A stretch of 33,054 nt of DNA, from assembly GCA_021432655.1 (NCBI GenBank), contig MU271315.1:62001-95054 (forward strand), given 5' to 3'. A program made the translations under genes and the position numbers. This document shows, in pieces, positions 1 to 12,020 of the stretch. The stretch's first letter is position 1, and each line of letters opens with the position of its first letter. The notes beneath the pieces were generated by a model. It did no database searches. It was not told the origin of the DNA and was given only the letters and a program-made list of their open reading frames with translations. Source of the DNA: Atractiella rhizophila. Its lineage: Eukaryota.

Positions 1-31
1 GGGGTGCAGAACGTGTTTAAGAGCTTCCTAG

Positions 32-1262
32 ATGCTGGTGAAAGGCATCGTGTACGCTCGGATGTCACCAGACGAGAAGCAAGAACTTGTTGAAAAGTTG
101 CAAGGATTGGGTTACGTCACGAGCTTTTGCGGTGATGGCGCAAACGATTGCGGTGCACTCAAAGCTGCGGACGTTGGAATTTCACTATCAGAAGCAGAAG
201 CATCTGTTGCAGCCCCCTTTACCAGTCGAGTTGCGGACATTTCGTGCGTCTTGGAAGTCATCAAGGAAGGTCGAGCTGCTCTCGTAACTAGTTTTAGTTG
301 CTTCAAGTTCATGTAAGTACTGGTCTCTGTTTCTCTAACTGCCCTTATGCTACTTAGGGCTCTCTATTCGCTCATCCAATTTACTACTGTCACGATTTTG
401 TACTCCATGGCTTCTTCGCTAGGCGACTTCCAGGTAAGCGTCGATCGGTCTGACAACCTCACTCTAAAGGTTGAGACAGTTCTTGTACATCGATTTATTC
501 CTCATTTTACCCCTCGCTGTGACAAGTAAGAGCTCTCTTTGAGCGATGATCAAGCTCATACTTTCACAGTGGGACGAACGGATCCATTCCCTCGACTTGT
601 ACCCAAACGACCAACCGCCAATCTTATATCGAAACATGTCTTGACATCGCTTATAGGACAAATCATCATCACGTCTGGTTTTCAGCTCTTCGTTTTTCAT
701 TACGTCCGCTCTCAATCTTGGTAAGCACCTACTTCATTGAAAGACCAAGGTAAGTTTGGAAAATCAGGTACAATGCCTTGCACCTTGTGGCGAAACCAGA
801 CGATCTAGAAATCGCAAGTTTCGAAAATTCGAGCTTGTTTCTGGTCTCGTGCTTCCAGTATATCCTCGTGGCGGCCGTCTTCTGTGTGGGACCTCCATAT
901 CGTCAGCCTCTCACTACCAATGGTAAGGAACCTGAGAACAAAGCGACAATGTCTGACGTCAATTCGTAGGTGCTCTGGTCGCTGTGATGAGTGGTTTGGT
1001 CCTAGCCAGTCTTTACATCTTGTTGGTGCCAACCAGTTTCATCTATTACATTCTTGAACTCGTCATTTTCCCTCGCCAATTCCGCTCCGAATTACTCCTC
1101 CTTATCGCAGTAGACTGTGGTCTTTCGTGGATCTTCGAAGTTTGGGCGGCTGCAAGAGTGGCAAAGTTCATTGGAAATAGCATCAAAGGGTGGCGACGAT
1201 GGCGAGGGACGCGCAAATCGGACGGGCGTCTATACAAGAGCATTGAACGCGACATGGAATAG
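32..1262 (+). CDS. YPK9: P5B-type ATPase (Ypk9/ATP13A-like), last exons of upstream copy; gene begins before the window
   Basis: [33 protein letters not shown] and [16 protein letters not shown] motifs, then C-terminal TM exons joined by GT-AG introns; stop at 1260-1262. Confidence 0.93.
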
Positions 1263-1305
1263 CACTCAATGAAGGGATATATACCCTAAGGAAGGTCATA
1301 CAATG

Positions 1306-1397
1306 CTATAGACTATCCAAATATGCCATTAACTGGTCAATTATAGACTTTTGATCTTCTGCTTCTTCGCCCATGCCATTCTTGTATTCCTCAAGTA
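1306..1397 (-). pseudogene. Duplicated C-terminal fragment (about 29 codons plus stop) of CTNNBL1
   Basis: Minus strand reads LEEYKNGMGEEAEDQKSIIDQLMAYLDSL*, matching 5216-5307 (..YLGSL*); no upstream exons. Confidence 0.85.
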
Positions 1398-1448
1398 AAA
1401 CGTATGTATTCCGTCCCCCACAATAAACTCATACTGAATTCTCGGCAG

Positions 1449-4400
1449 GTGTATCGCCCTCATCAGCGCGGTTAGCATCACGACCACGCTCATTGAGACC
1501 CGGACAGTGAGTATTTACCACTGTGTTCAGGTTTGAAGGATGCTGAAATTTGGGCTGTTAATGTAGAATATCGAAAGAATGAGAGAAATGTCACGTTTTG
1601 TCTGCGACGTTGCTGTTCTACGAAAGGGTTCCTGTGAGCGTTTTCATCTCTATTACGGATCGATCAGACCACTGAACGACTTTAGGGCAAACAATTCCCT
1701 CAACCGCCCTTGTTCCTGGAGATCTGATCGACGTGGCGCGAGCAGACTTTCACACAATCCCAGCTGATCTTGTTCTGCTCTCTGGCGAGGCGATTGTTAA
1801 CGAATCAATGCTCACCGGAGAATCAGTACCCGTCCCCAAGGTATCAATAGAGCAGCCTCATATTTTCAGAGAATTGAGAGAGCGGCCGGGCGAATTGTCA
1901 CCCGAAGCCAGTCGACACGTCCTTTACAGTGGTACGAGGGTTGTGCGGATGAGAAAGAGCGGAAATGGATATGAAGGCGAGGCTGTTGCAGTCGTCCTGC
2001 TCACGGGTATACCTTCTTTGTTTGGACAACGTCATGCTAAATGCCGAAATAGCTTTCAACACAACTAAGGGTGCTTTAGTTCGCTCGATGCTCTTTCCGA
2101 AGCCCATGGGGTCCGTGGTTACGGTCATCTAATTGTGTGCTTATTTCGTCTTAGATTCAAATTTTACCGGGACTCTTTTCGTTTCATCGGAGTCTTAGCG
2201 GGAATAGCTGGCCTCGGTTTTATTGTCAGCTCCATCAGATTTGTGGAAATGGGTGTAAGCCGAGCCTTTCTCTCTGCTTAGATGGATCGATGAGAGTTGC
2301 TTCAGATTAAATGGTCTACTATTGCCAAACGAGCAGGCGATCTGGTAACGATCGTCGTACCACCTGCTCTACCAGCAACCATGTCCATCGGGACGACGTT
2401 TGCAATCGCACGGCTGCGAAAGTTGGGCATCTTCTGCATTTCGCCGAACCGAGTAAACATTGGTGGCAAAATCAATATAGTCTGCTTCGACAAAACGGGC
2501 ACCCTGACAGAGGATGGGCTAGATGTTCTCGGAGTGCGCAGCGTGGATCGAAGCCACAGTCGCTTCAGTCAGATGTTTACTGACATCGAGGATGTGCCCA
2601 TATTCGGTGCAGCCGATTCTAAAACTCCCCTCCTGCACGCTCTGGCTACTTGTCACGCTTTGCGAGTCGTAGATGGAACCATCGTCGGAGACCCATTGGA
2701 TCTGAGGATGTTTGAGTTCACGAAGTGGACGTTGGAGGAGGGCAAGGAGCCTCAGCCACCTCGGGCTTCAGTGGAGGATAGAAGGGAGACTGATCGCATT
2801 GAAAGAGGAGTGGGAAAACCTGGAGGCGTCCTTAAAAAAGTTCCGGAGCGAGTCGCGACTTTGGTTCAACTGGTGGTTCGTCCACCAGGAGGAGAGCGCT
2901 TTCAACTCGAAGATGCTATCAAAGGGGCCGGCAAGAAGGTGCGCCTCTCTGATATCTACCTGTCTATTCTCAATGTGACGATAGAGAGCGCATTTCCTCG
3001 AACTTGGTGTCATTCGAGCATTCGACTTCGTCTCGGCTTTGCGCCGCATGACCGTACTTGTAAAGAAACTCAAGTCCCAGAGCGTAGAGGTGTACACAAA
3101 AGGAGCTCCGGAAGTCATGGCGGAAATCTGCGACAGGAGTACTCGTGCGTGCATTTAGTCACCTTGACGCTGTTGTTGATGCATTCTAGTGCCTCATGAT
3201 TATGATGAGATCTTGTCCGAATACACTAGGAAAGGATTCAGGGTCATTGCGGTCGCTGCCAAAAGCGTTCCTGGGCTAACTTGGCTGAAAGCACAACGGA
3301 TGAAGAGGTTTGTAACCTTGACGCTTCGCTGGATGCGTCTTCCTTACCGAGTGTCCAGGGAACAAGCTGAATCCGATCTCCGATTCTTGGGACTTATCGT
3401 CTTCGAAAATAAGCTGAAACCGGGAACAGAACCCGCCATCTACTCTTTGCGCACCGCCCACATTGCCTGTCGAATGTGCACTGGCGACAATATCCGAACA
3501 GGCATTAGTGTCGCGCGCGAGTGTGGGATGATATCCGAAGGCGCTCATGTCTATCTGCCGTCGTTCGTGAGAGGTAGGTACCAGCTTTTCTGTCAACACC
3601 TACTGAATGAAATCAGGTGGTCCTGAGGATCCGGAATCAGTTATTTCGTGGACTGATGTGGATCGCCCTCGCAAACGACTTGATCATTACAGTCTTCGGG
3701 TGGGTTGTGACCGTTCGATCAACCCTCACTGATCTTGTATTCAGCCGGTGACTGAGTACGACGCAGATGACCAGGAGAGTGCAAGCGCCTTCTCTTTAGA
3801 GTCAAATGGGGAATCTTCTCCGTACCATTTGGCTATCTCTGGAGATGTTTTTCGATGGATGATTGATTATGGTGCTCGAGAGACCCTTCACCGAGTGCGT
3901 CCTTCGTCAACGGGAGCAGAACGTGTTTAAAAGCTTTCTAGATGCTGGTGAAAGGCATCGTGTACGCTCGGATGTCACCAGATGAGAAGCAAGAACTAGT
4001 TGAAAAGTTGCAAGGATTGGGTTACGTTACGAGCTTTTGCGGTGATGGCGCAAACGATTGTGGTGCACTCAAAGCAGCAGACGTTGGAATTTCACTATCA
4101 GAAGCAGAAGCATCTGTTGCAGCCCCATTTACCAGTCGAGTTGCGGACATTTCGTGCGTCCTGGAAGTCATCAAGGAAGGTCGAGCTGCTCTCGTCACTA
4201 GTTTTAGTTGCTTCAAGTTCATGTAAGTCCTAATCTCTATTTCTCTACCTGCCCTCACGCTACTTAGGGCTCTCTATTCGCTCATCCAATTTACTACTGT
4301 CACGATTTTGTATTCCATGGCTTCTTCGCTAGGCGACTTCCAGGTAAGTGCCGATCGGTCTGACAGACTCACTCTAAGGTTGAGACAGTTCTTGTACATC

Positions 4401-5171
4401 GATTTATTCCTCATTTTACCCCTCGCTGTGACAAGTAAGAGCTCTCTTTGTGCGACGATCAAGCTGATACTTCACAGTGGGACGAACGGATCCATTCCCT
4501 CGACTTGTACCCAAGCGACCAACCGCCAATCTTATATCGAAGCATGTCTTGACATCGCTTATAGGACAAATCATCATCACATCTGGTTTTCAGCTCTTCG
4601 TTTTTCATTACGTCCGCTCTCAATCTTGGTAAGCGCCCACTTCATTGAAAGACCGAGGTAATTTGACCACCAGGTACAATGCCTTGCACCTTGTGGCAAA
4701 ACCGGACGATTTGGAAATCGCAAGTTTCGAAAATTCGAGCTTGTTTCTGGTCTCGTGCTTCCAGTATATCCTCGTCGCAGCCGTATTCTGTGTGGGACCT
4801 CCATATCGTCAGCCTCTCACTACCAATGGTAAGGAGCCTCCTGAGAACGAAGCCACTATGTCTGACGTCAATTCCCAGGTGCTCTGGTCGCTGTGATGAG
4901 TGGTTTGGTCCTAGCCAGTCTTTACATCTTGCTGGTGCCAACCAGTTTCATTTATTACATTCTTGAACTCGTCATTTTCCCTCGCCAATTCCGTTCCGAA
5001 TTACTCCTCCTTATCGCAGTAGACTGTGGTCTTTCGTGGATCTTCGAAGTTTGGGCGGCTGCAAGAGTGGCAAAGTTCATTGGAAATAGCATCAAAGCGT
5101 GGCGACGATGGCGAGGGACGCGCAAATCGGACGGACGTCTATACAAGAGCATTGAACGTGACTTGGAATAG
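1449..5171 (+). CDS. YPK9: 5'-truncated tandem copy of the P5B ATPase (TM2 onward: A, P, N domains and C-terminal TMs)
   Basis: Begins [18 protein letters not shown] after intron 1402-1448; contains [13 protein letters not shown] (P5B), DKTGTLT, TGDN and [11 protein letters not shown]; no N-terminal exons or promoter visible. Confidence 0.85.
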
Positions 5172-5215
5172 CACTCAATGACGGTATATATACCCTAAGG
5201 AAGGTCATACAAGTG

Positions 5216-7520
5216 CTATAGACTACCCAAATATGCCATTAACTGGTCGATTATAGACTTTTGATCTTCTGCTTCTTCGCCCATGCCATTCTTGTATTCC
5301 TCAAGTATCTTATTGACGTCTTTGAAGTCTTTTCCCTTCCGTCTCAAAAGCATCTTCACGTGTTCCCGTACCTGCAATAAATGTAAATGTAATTTGCAAA
5401 GCTAGAAAGGAACCACCAACCCCATCATCTTCCATCACTATCCAAGCAATGATGTAGTTTATAAGTTGAAGCGAAAATAAACCTCCTTCCAGTCGTCGAA
5501 GGTATATTTCATCCTCATCCAATTCTACATCTTCCGAGTTCTTGAGCTATAGGTGCTTTGGTTACTGGAGCCTTGTGAAAGGGAGAGTACGAACAGAGCT
5601 GATCTCATTTTCTTTTGCAGTTACAAGGTTCTCCCAGTTCTCCCGCAACTCTAACAGCTGGTCAACCTTCTCCAAATCTTTCTCCACGAATTTTGCCAGT
5701 AAGCGAATACGAGGAGTAGAGTCGGACTCCAGATTGCTCAACAGGGAGGACAGGATTGAAAGGATGTGTTCTTCGTCTTCACCTCTCGATTCTGACTTTT
5801 TCGAGTTCTAGCCGTCACGTCGTCAATGACGGAGGGTGGCGCAAGAAGTATGAAAAACCGACCTTTCCCATAAATGCCGAAAACAACGTCTTCAAGCCGC
5901 GTACATTGACGAAGCGATGACAGAGTTCAGTCCCGTCTGGACCTGATAGAGCGTGAGAGAGGACCTTGATCGCGCGGGTTCGAGCCATTGCCTTCTCCCT
6001 GTACAGAATATCAGGAGATACTCAATGGCAAAGATTAAGCGTACATCATCATCATGACCATGAGCTCCACTCCTTCCGCGTCCATAAAAGCCTTTTTAAT
6101 GGGATACGGATGGAGAGCTGAGCAAAGGCAATCGAATAGATTCTCCACGTACTCCGTCTCATCACCGTCAACTGGATCACGTTTTCGATAGGCTGAAAGA
6201 GCGGTCAAGACGGCATCTACGCCTTGTTCTCCCCATTTCTGCAGCGCCTTCTCTCGCTTCTCCTCGTCCTCCAGACCGACGGACTGGAGCAAGATGGCGG
6301 TCAGCTCAGCGACATAGAAACGGTTTTGGTTTTCGTCTGCAGTAGATTTCTTCTTTTTGAGCTGCTTGAAGGTGAAGGAGAGGAAGGACTCGTGAGTTAG
6401 GAGCTTATAAGAGATTGTTGGGACGACAGAGAGAAGTGATTCGAAGAAAGCTGTTGTACAGACAATTAGACACGTAATCAAATAAATAGTACATACATAA
6501 CGTCTGATAGATTCCTTTGCGCTCCGTTTCTTCTTCTGGGTTCAGTCGACCTAGATTGTCAACTAGTAAGTCGAGGATTGAAAGGTCTAACTGCTCGCAG
6601 TTCAACAAGTGTTTAGCTGAAACCATATAAAAGGCGTACCAAGCTGTTGACAAGGGCTTTGAATGCCTCCACCTTCTTTTCTTCTTCATCTTCCTCCTCA
6701 TCTCCCACATCCTCATCCAGCAGCTCGTCCAAGACGTCTACGACGGTGCAAGCAATATCCACGTTCTCATGTGTCAAGAGCTGTGTTAAGGAATCCACCG
6801 TCTTGAGTCTGATCATTTCAGGATAGTATTGAGTTGGTGACTGCGTGAGAAGTAGGAGAGAACGGAGCGCTTGCTCCAACGCGAATTCTGAGTCCACAAA
6901 CCTACACCAAGTCTGAGGAAAGTCCATCAGGATAAAGCCACACGCACTTTGGGGGATCGTTAGGAAATTTGGACCGCATATTATTATTTTCATTGATGGC
7001 TTTCTCCAAATTGAGCAGGTGTCTCCGCACTCCAACAACATTGAGCTGTTCAGGCTCTGCAGTCTCGTTCGGCGCAGTGTCCATGATGTCCAATATTCCT
7101 TTCTGCGTCGAATTCAAGCCTCCGCCACTAAGCATCACTTCATCTCAATTCCCGAAAGAGTGTAGTGTCAAGAAAAGGAGCTCACTAAAACCTGCCCTCC
7201 TCGTCCTCTTCAGCATAATAGTCGGCATCATTCCCCGGAGCAAAGTCTCCACCAGACGGAAACTCTTCGTCTTCCTCCTCCTCTTCTACCATAGTTACTT
7301 TACGCGGTCCTGAAACATTCCCACTCCCATTTTGTTTTGACAACTCGTTTCCTCCACCAGGCTCTTCCAGACGTGGGCGGCTGTTTTTGAAGTCGGGAAC
7401 AGTTGGTGCTTCGAGTTTTCGCTTGTGTGGTAGAGGAGGTAGCTGTTTCCATTATGCGCATGGTCAGCGAGAGAAATTGGGGGAAGGAGAGCTCGCCTTG
7501 AAGATATCCCTCGGATCCAT
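5216..7520 (-). CDS. CTNNBL1: Beta-catenin-like protein 1 (Prp19/NTC-associated spliceosome factor), multi-exon
   Basis: MDPRDIFK|LPPLPHKRKL..DFAPGNDADYYAEEDEEGRF; RSKFPNDP; FVDSEFAL; LLTHENVDIA; EYVENLFDCLCS; YLRRLEGGLFSLQ. Confidence 0.92.
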
Positions 7521-7613
7521 TGCAACGCGTTTCGTGGTTTGCCCAGATTTGGCACTGTAAATCTAACTAAGCTCCTTCGAGCGAATTAGAGAGTTAACTA
7601 CCAAACGACCAAG
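7521..7613. promoter_or_regulatory. Very short divergent intergenic region (CTNNBL1/ARPC3), putative bidirectional promoter
   Basis: 93 bp between opposing start codons. Confidence 0.65.
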
Positions 7614-8483
7614 ATGCCCGTGAGTTGCACTCTTTGCACTTTTCCATGCTCTTATGAGATTAGGCTTATCATTCCGCGTATAACGATGCTACGGAGTACC
7701 TCCAAATGGGAAACATGTCCATGTTGCCCCTGCGAACCAAGATCCGCGGCCCCGCTCCACCCCTTGGTCTGTCCCTGTCTCATCCCTTCAATTCCTCAGC
7801 TGAGGCAGGTCTAGCGAGTCCTTCTGATCAGGACATCGTCGATGAAGCCATTGAACTCTTTCGCATCAACGCACTCTTCCGGAATTTTGAGATCAAGGTG
7901 TGCTCGTCGCCGCCTCCTTTCGCAGCAGCGTGACTTTGAATCCCGAACTAATCGCTTTGTGGTGATAGGGAGGAGCAGACAGAGTCCTCATCTACCTGAT
8001 CATGTTTATTTCCGACTGCCTGACCAAGATCGCATCTCCACCTGCTAAAGGATGGTCTGCCAATGAGGCGACTAAGCAACTGACAAGTTATGCCGTAGAT
8101 AACTTCAGGTTCAGTGTTCGTTTCATCAACTCTTGCGGATGCTGACTGGACACTTTTAGTTTACCCGGAGAACCTGGATTCCCATTGAACAATCTCTACC
8201 AAGCCCCAGCCACACGTCCCGATGCTGGTATCTTCTTCTCGCCCTCACATTTTAACCTACTCACGGATCTTTGTGCAAGATAACCTCCGCCAATACCTCT
8301 TACAAGCGAGGCAAGAGACAGCTATTAGACTGGTCGCCCGAGTATACGACACTCCTGATGGGAAACCGAGCAAGTGGTGGATGTGCTTCCAAGTTTGTCT
8401 TCTCCAACGTAATTGGAGACCTGCACACTGATAGTCATCGGGAACAGAAACGAAAGTTCATGGGAAAGAGCCTGACCAGCTAG
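7614..8483 (+). CDS. ARPC3: Arp2/3 complex 21 kDa subunit (ARPC3/Arc18); 6-nt first coding exon
   Basis: MP|AYHS..LPLRTKIRGPAP..DIVDEAIELFRINALFRNFEIK..KPSKWWMCFQ|KRKFMGKSL. Confidence 0.96.
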
Positions 8484-8800
8484 ATATGTTACAGTAAATA
8501 GGACTTGATGCGAATGAAATGTATGAGTGATAAACGATAAACGATGGCGTTTGTTCTGGAGGCGGTGCAAGGTTCACTAAGGTTTGTGAATGAGAATTGG
8601 ACTGCGTTCCCTCTTATTTAGGGAGAGAGGTCGCTACCTCTTGGTACATACATCGAATGAGATTGCTGAGCCCTCTGAATTTCCCTTCGAGAACCATTGT
8701 TGGATTCGGAATAGGACAGGCACTTACGAGTAATGTGCCTTAACGCGGGCGAACGGCCGGTGTCGGTATCTTCGAAGACCCCGCACGCCCCTCCTCCACA

Positions 8801-8817
8801 GCAGTGGATATAAAGGC
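8801..8817 (+). promoter_or_regulatory. TATA box of alcohol oxidase A
   Basis: GCAGTGGATATAAAGGC about 90 bp before the ATG, identical to 11941-11957 upstream of the paralogue. Confidence 0.7.
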
Positions 8818-8899
8818 CAGGCGGTCTCCTTGGCTGACTTTTTCCTCGTTCAAGTTCACGCTCCGAGCGCTGAAGAGTTGGACAATCATAAGGCCGACT

Positions 8900-11277
8900 A
8901 TGACCTCCCCATTTTCGCCGTCTGAAGTCGAGACGGCTCAGGCCATCTTCTCCGGAGTGTATACCCCCTTCCCTACTGATGCTGCAAAGACAATCTTGGA
9001 TAATTTGGCTACCGCCGCTTCTCAGGCATCCATTGGTGGCCTCAATATGATCCTTAAAGCGCTTGGGACTAGGCCGGGGATGCTGCTCTTGACGGGACAC
9101 AACAAGTCAGGATGGAAGGAGCTTTCGCCTGATGAGAGCGAAGCAGTGCTCTTGGCTTGGGGTAAGTTGAATTGGTTCTAGGTGATGGAAAACGAACAGT
9201 ATTGATGTTCTGAATGCGCGTGGAAATAGGAAAAGGTCGAATTCCGCTGCTTCGACAGCTCTCGAACACCTTCGCTCAACTCGCAAACGCGCACATGTAT
9301 TCCTCAGTCCCGGAAGCCATCACCCCGACCTCATATCCTTATCACTCCGACAATCCCTCATTCATGTCCTCTCACGCACGGGACTCCTCTTTCGTCGTCC
9401 CCACTTTCACTCCTGCCATTGCTCCTTTTGAAACTGAAGTCTTGGTCATCGGAACCGGAGCTGGAGGAGGTGTCACTGGAGCTCATCTCGCAGAGACGGG
9501 CCATAAGGTGCTCTTCGTGGAGAAAGGAGCGTACACGGAGTGCAATTCGCTGTTTACGAGCGAGCGGGAGGCGTTCAATAACCTATTCGAAGGACGAGCT
9601 TTTACAGCTACGGAAGAGGGAACAACAACGATTCTGGCCGGCGCGACGTTGGGTGGTGGTACAACGGTGAACTGGAGCGGATCACTGTCGCCGCCTAGGT
9701 GGTTAAGGGAGAGTTGGAAGAAAAAAGGGATCGACTGGGCTACTACAAGACAGTTTCAGGAGAGCGTCGATGCCGTGTGTGGAAGATTGGGAGTGACAAG
9801 AGATGTGGAACATGGCAGGGCCAATCAAATGTTGATTGAAGGTTCGCTGCCTTTTCTGCCTGCTTGTTGTTACTAGGTACCTGAGATTGCGAACACAGGT
9901 GCTAGAAAGGCAGGATACGACGCCAACGTCCTGCCTCAAAACTCAGCCGGGAAAGCCCACGGCGTACGTATTGTTCCTTTTCCGAACGCAAATTTGAGCC
10001 ATTGGAGAATAGTGCGGGTTTTGCACATTTGGTTGCCCATCCGGCACCAAGAATGGAACAGTCAACACCTATCTGAGCGACGCGAATAAAGCTGGTGCCC
10101 AGTTCCTTCTTGAGCACGAAGTCGAGCGCGTACTGTTCTCCTCCTCGGTCGACCCTGCATATCCCTCTCAGGATGCAACAGAGAAGGAGCTTGAGCAATT
10201 CTCTTACTCCCCCTGGTACAGGCGCACACGGGCTGTTGGCGCGGTTGTGAAGGACAAGGAAGGGAAGAAGAAGGTGATTGTTGCCAAGAAGGGAGTGATC
10301 GTGTCCGCTGGCGCACTTCATTCCCCTGCAGTCTTGTTGAGAAGTGGAATTAAGAATCCCTGGTTGGGCAAGAACCTGAGACTTCACCCTTCCGGTTTCG
10401 TGATGGGATGGTTTGATGAGGATGTCAAGCCATGGGAGGGAGACATCATGACTGCTGTGCGTCGTTCCCTCGCCTCAAAATAGCTTTTTGTGATAACATG
10501 GCTCCAAGCATGTTACGGAGACCGCAAATCGCGATGGAACGCATTACGGGTCCAAAATCATAACAATGCAAACGTCGTTGATGATTCACTCCACTATCGT
10601 TGGCTTCAAAAAAGGACGTGAAGCTCACAAGAAAGATGTGCGTTGCAAGCTACCTCTTTCTGTCCGATTCCATCTCTCGTACTGACTGATGCTATCTGAA
10701 CAGATGGCGAATTACAAAAATTGCCTCAACTTCTGCATAATAACCCGAGATCGCGACGGTGGCACTGTATCTCTGGCTCCAAACGGCTCGCCAGTCTACA
10801 ACTACACACTTTCAGCATATGATGGCGTGTCGCTCATGGAGGGGCTTATCGCTGCGGCCAACATCCAATACGCGTTAGGAGCGAAGCGAATAAGAACAAC
10901 CCAGATTTGGGTGGATGACTTTGAAGGTGGAGACGATGCCGCCTTTGAATCCTGGAAGCAGAAGGTGAGAGAGGCAGGGCCAACGGAGTCGAAAATTGGG
11001 AGCGCACATCAAATGGGCACCTGCAAGATGGGAAAAAGCAGGAAGGAAGGAGTGACGGATCCTAGGGGTGCCGTTTGGGGAACTCAAGGACTTTATGTCG
11101 CAGACACCAGCTTGTTTCCTGATTCCTCGGGGGTATGTTTTCAGTTCCTCTTTCGCTGAAACTACGCTCATCCGATTGCAGGTCAACCCCATGATTACCT
11201 GTATGAGTGTTGCTCACTTCGTCTCACGCTTCATCGAGGAGGATTTGAGGACTGTTCAGTTAGGAGCTAAACTCTGA
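8900..11277 (+). CDS. Long-chain fatty alcohol oxidase/dehydrogenase (GMC oxidoreductase), copy A, PTS1 AKL
   Basis: VIGTGAGGG FAD motif, LAGATLGGGTTVNW, CGFCTFGC, GKNLRLHP, SAHQMGTCKMG, SGVNPMIT; ends LGAKL*. Confidence 0.93.
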
Positions 11278-11940
11278 CAAGTTTTTACGGTAGTAACATG
11301 AAAGTGTGACAGTGCAAGTCTACGGGTCTGTCGAAGCTAGCACGAAGTAATAGCAGAAAGGGTCAGAAATAAGGAAATAGGGCTTCACGCTTCAGCATCC
11401 TGCATTCGTAGTATAGTGTCGCACTTGGATAGAAATTTGACACCGTATATTAGCCTAAAGTCCCTCAAAGACTACACTCATACTCATACCAAGTTGAAGG
11501 AAGTCGGCTAGCGTTGAGCCCTTAGCCAACTCATCGAAGATTGGGAAGGAGTACTTTTCCCTCACGAGATTCGGATTTTCGCGGTCGACTGGAGTTGAAA
11601 CCTTCAAGATTCTATAATGAACAGAAAATAATGCACTACCGAGCACTTGCTTCTTTGCTTGGTCTCCCTCCGGCTACCTCCTCAGCAGACTGACTCCGCC
11701 GTTAGTCCCGCGCTTGCAAACTCATAATTTAACTTATCTAACGAAAGGGAGAAATATTCGTTCGCAGGCGATGGGTAGTTTGCCTAACTTGAACTTCCCA
11801 ATCTACTAACCTTTACCTCTCACCCCTCCAAAACGTGATAGGTATACCAACAGAAAGTTACAACGAGTTACAGCAATGCTTCAATGTGGCGGGACAACGC
11901 TCGGTATTGGCGTCTTGAAGGACCTCGCAGGACTCCGCTG

Positions 11941-11957
11941 GCAGTGGATATAAAGGC
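11941..11957 (+). promoter_or_regulatory. TATA box of alcohol oxidase B
   Basis: Same 17-mer as 8801-8817. Confidence 0.7.
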
Positions 11958-12020
11958 GACTGAGTCCCGTTCGTCCTTCCAGAGCTGAAACGGTCGACAA
12001 TCAAGAAAGTAGGAACGAAA

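Larger units (their letters stand above)
1..5307. repeat. Tandem segmental duplication with a period of about 3910 bp (1-1397 matches 3911-5307)
   Basis: Direct alignment; identity ends after CTTGTATTCCTCAAGTA at 1397/5307. Confidence 0.95.

Noticed and set aside
11455..11646. 63-codon minus-strand ORF between the oxidases
   Set aside because: No ATG start, recognisable motif or coherent exon structure
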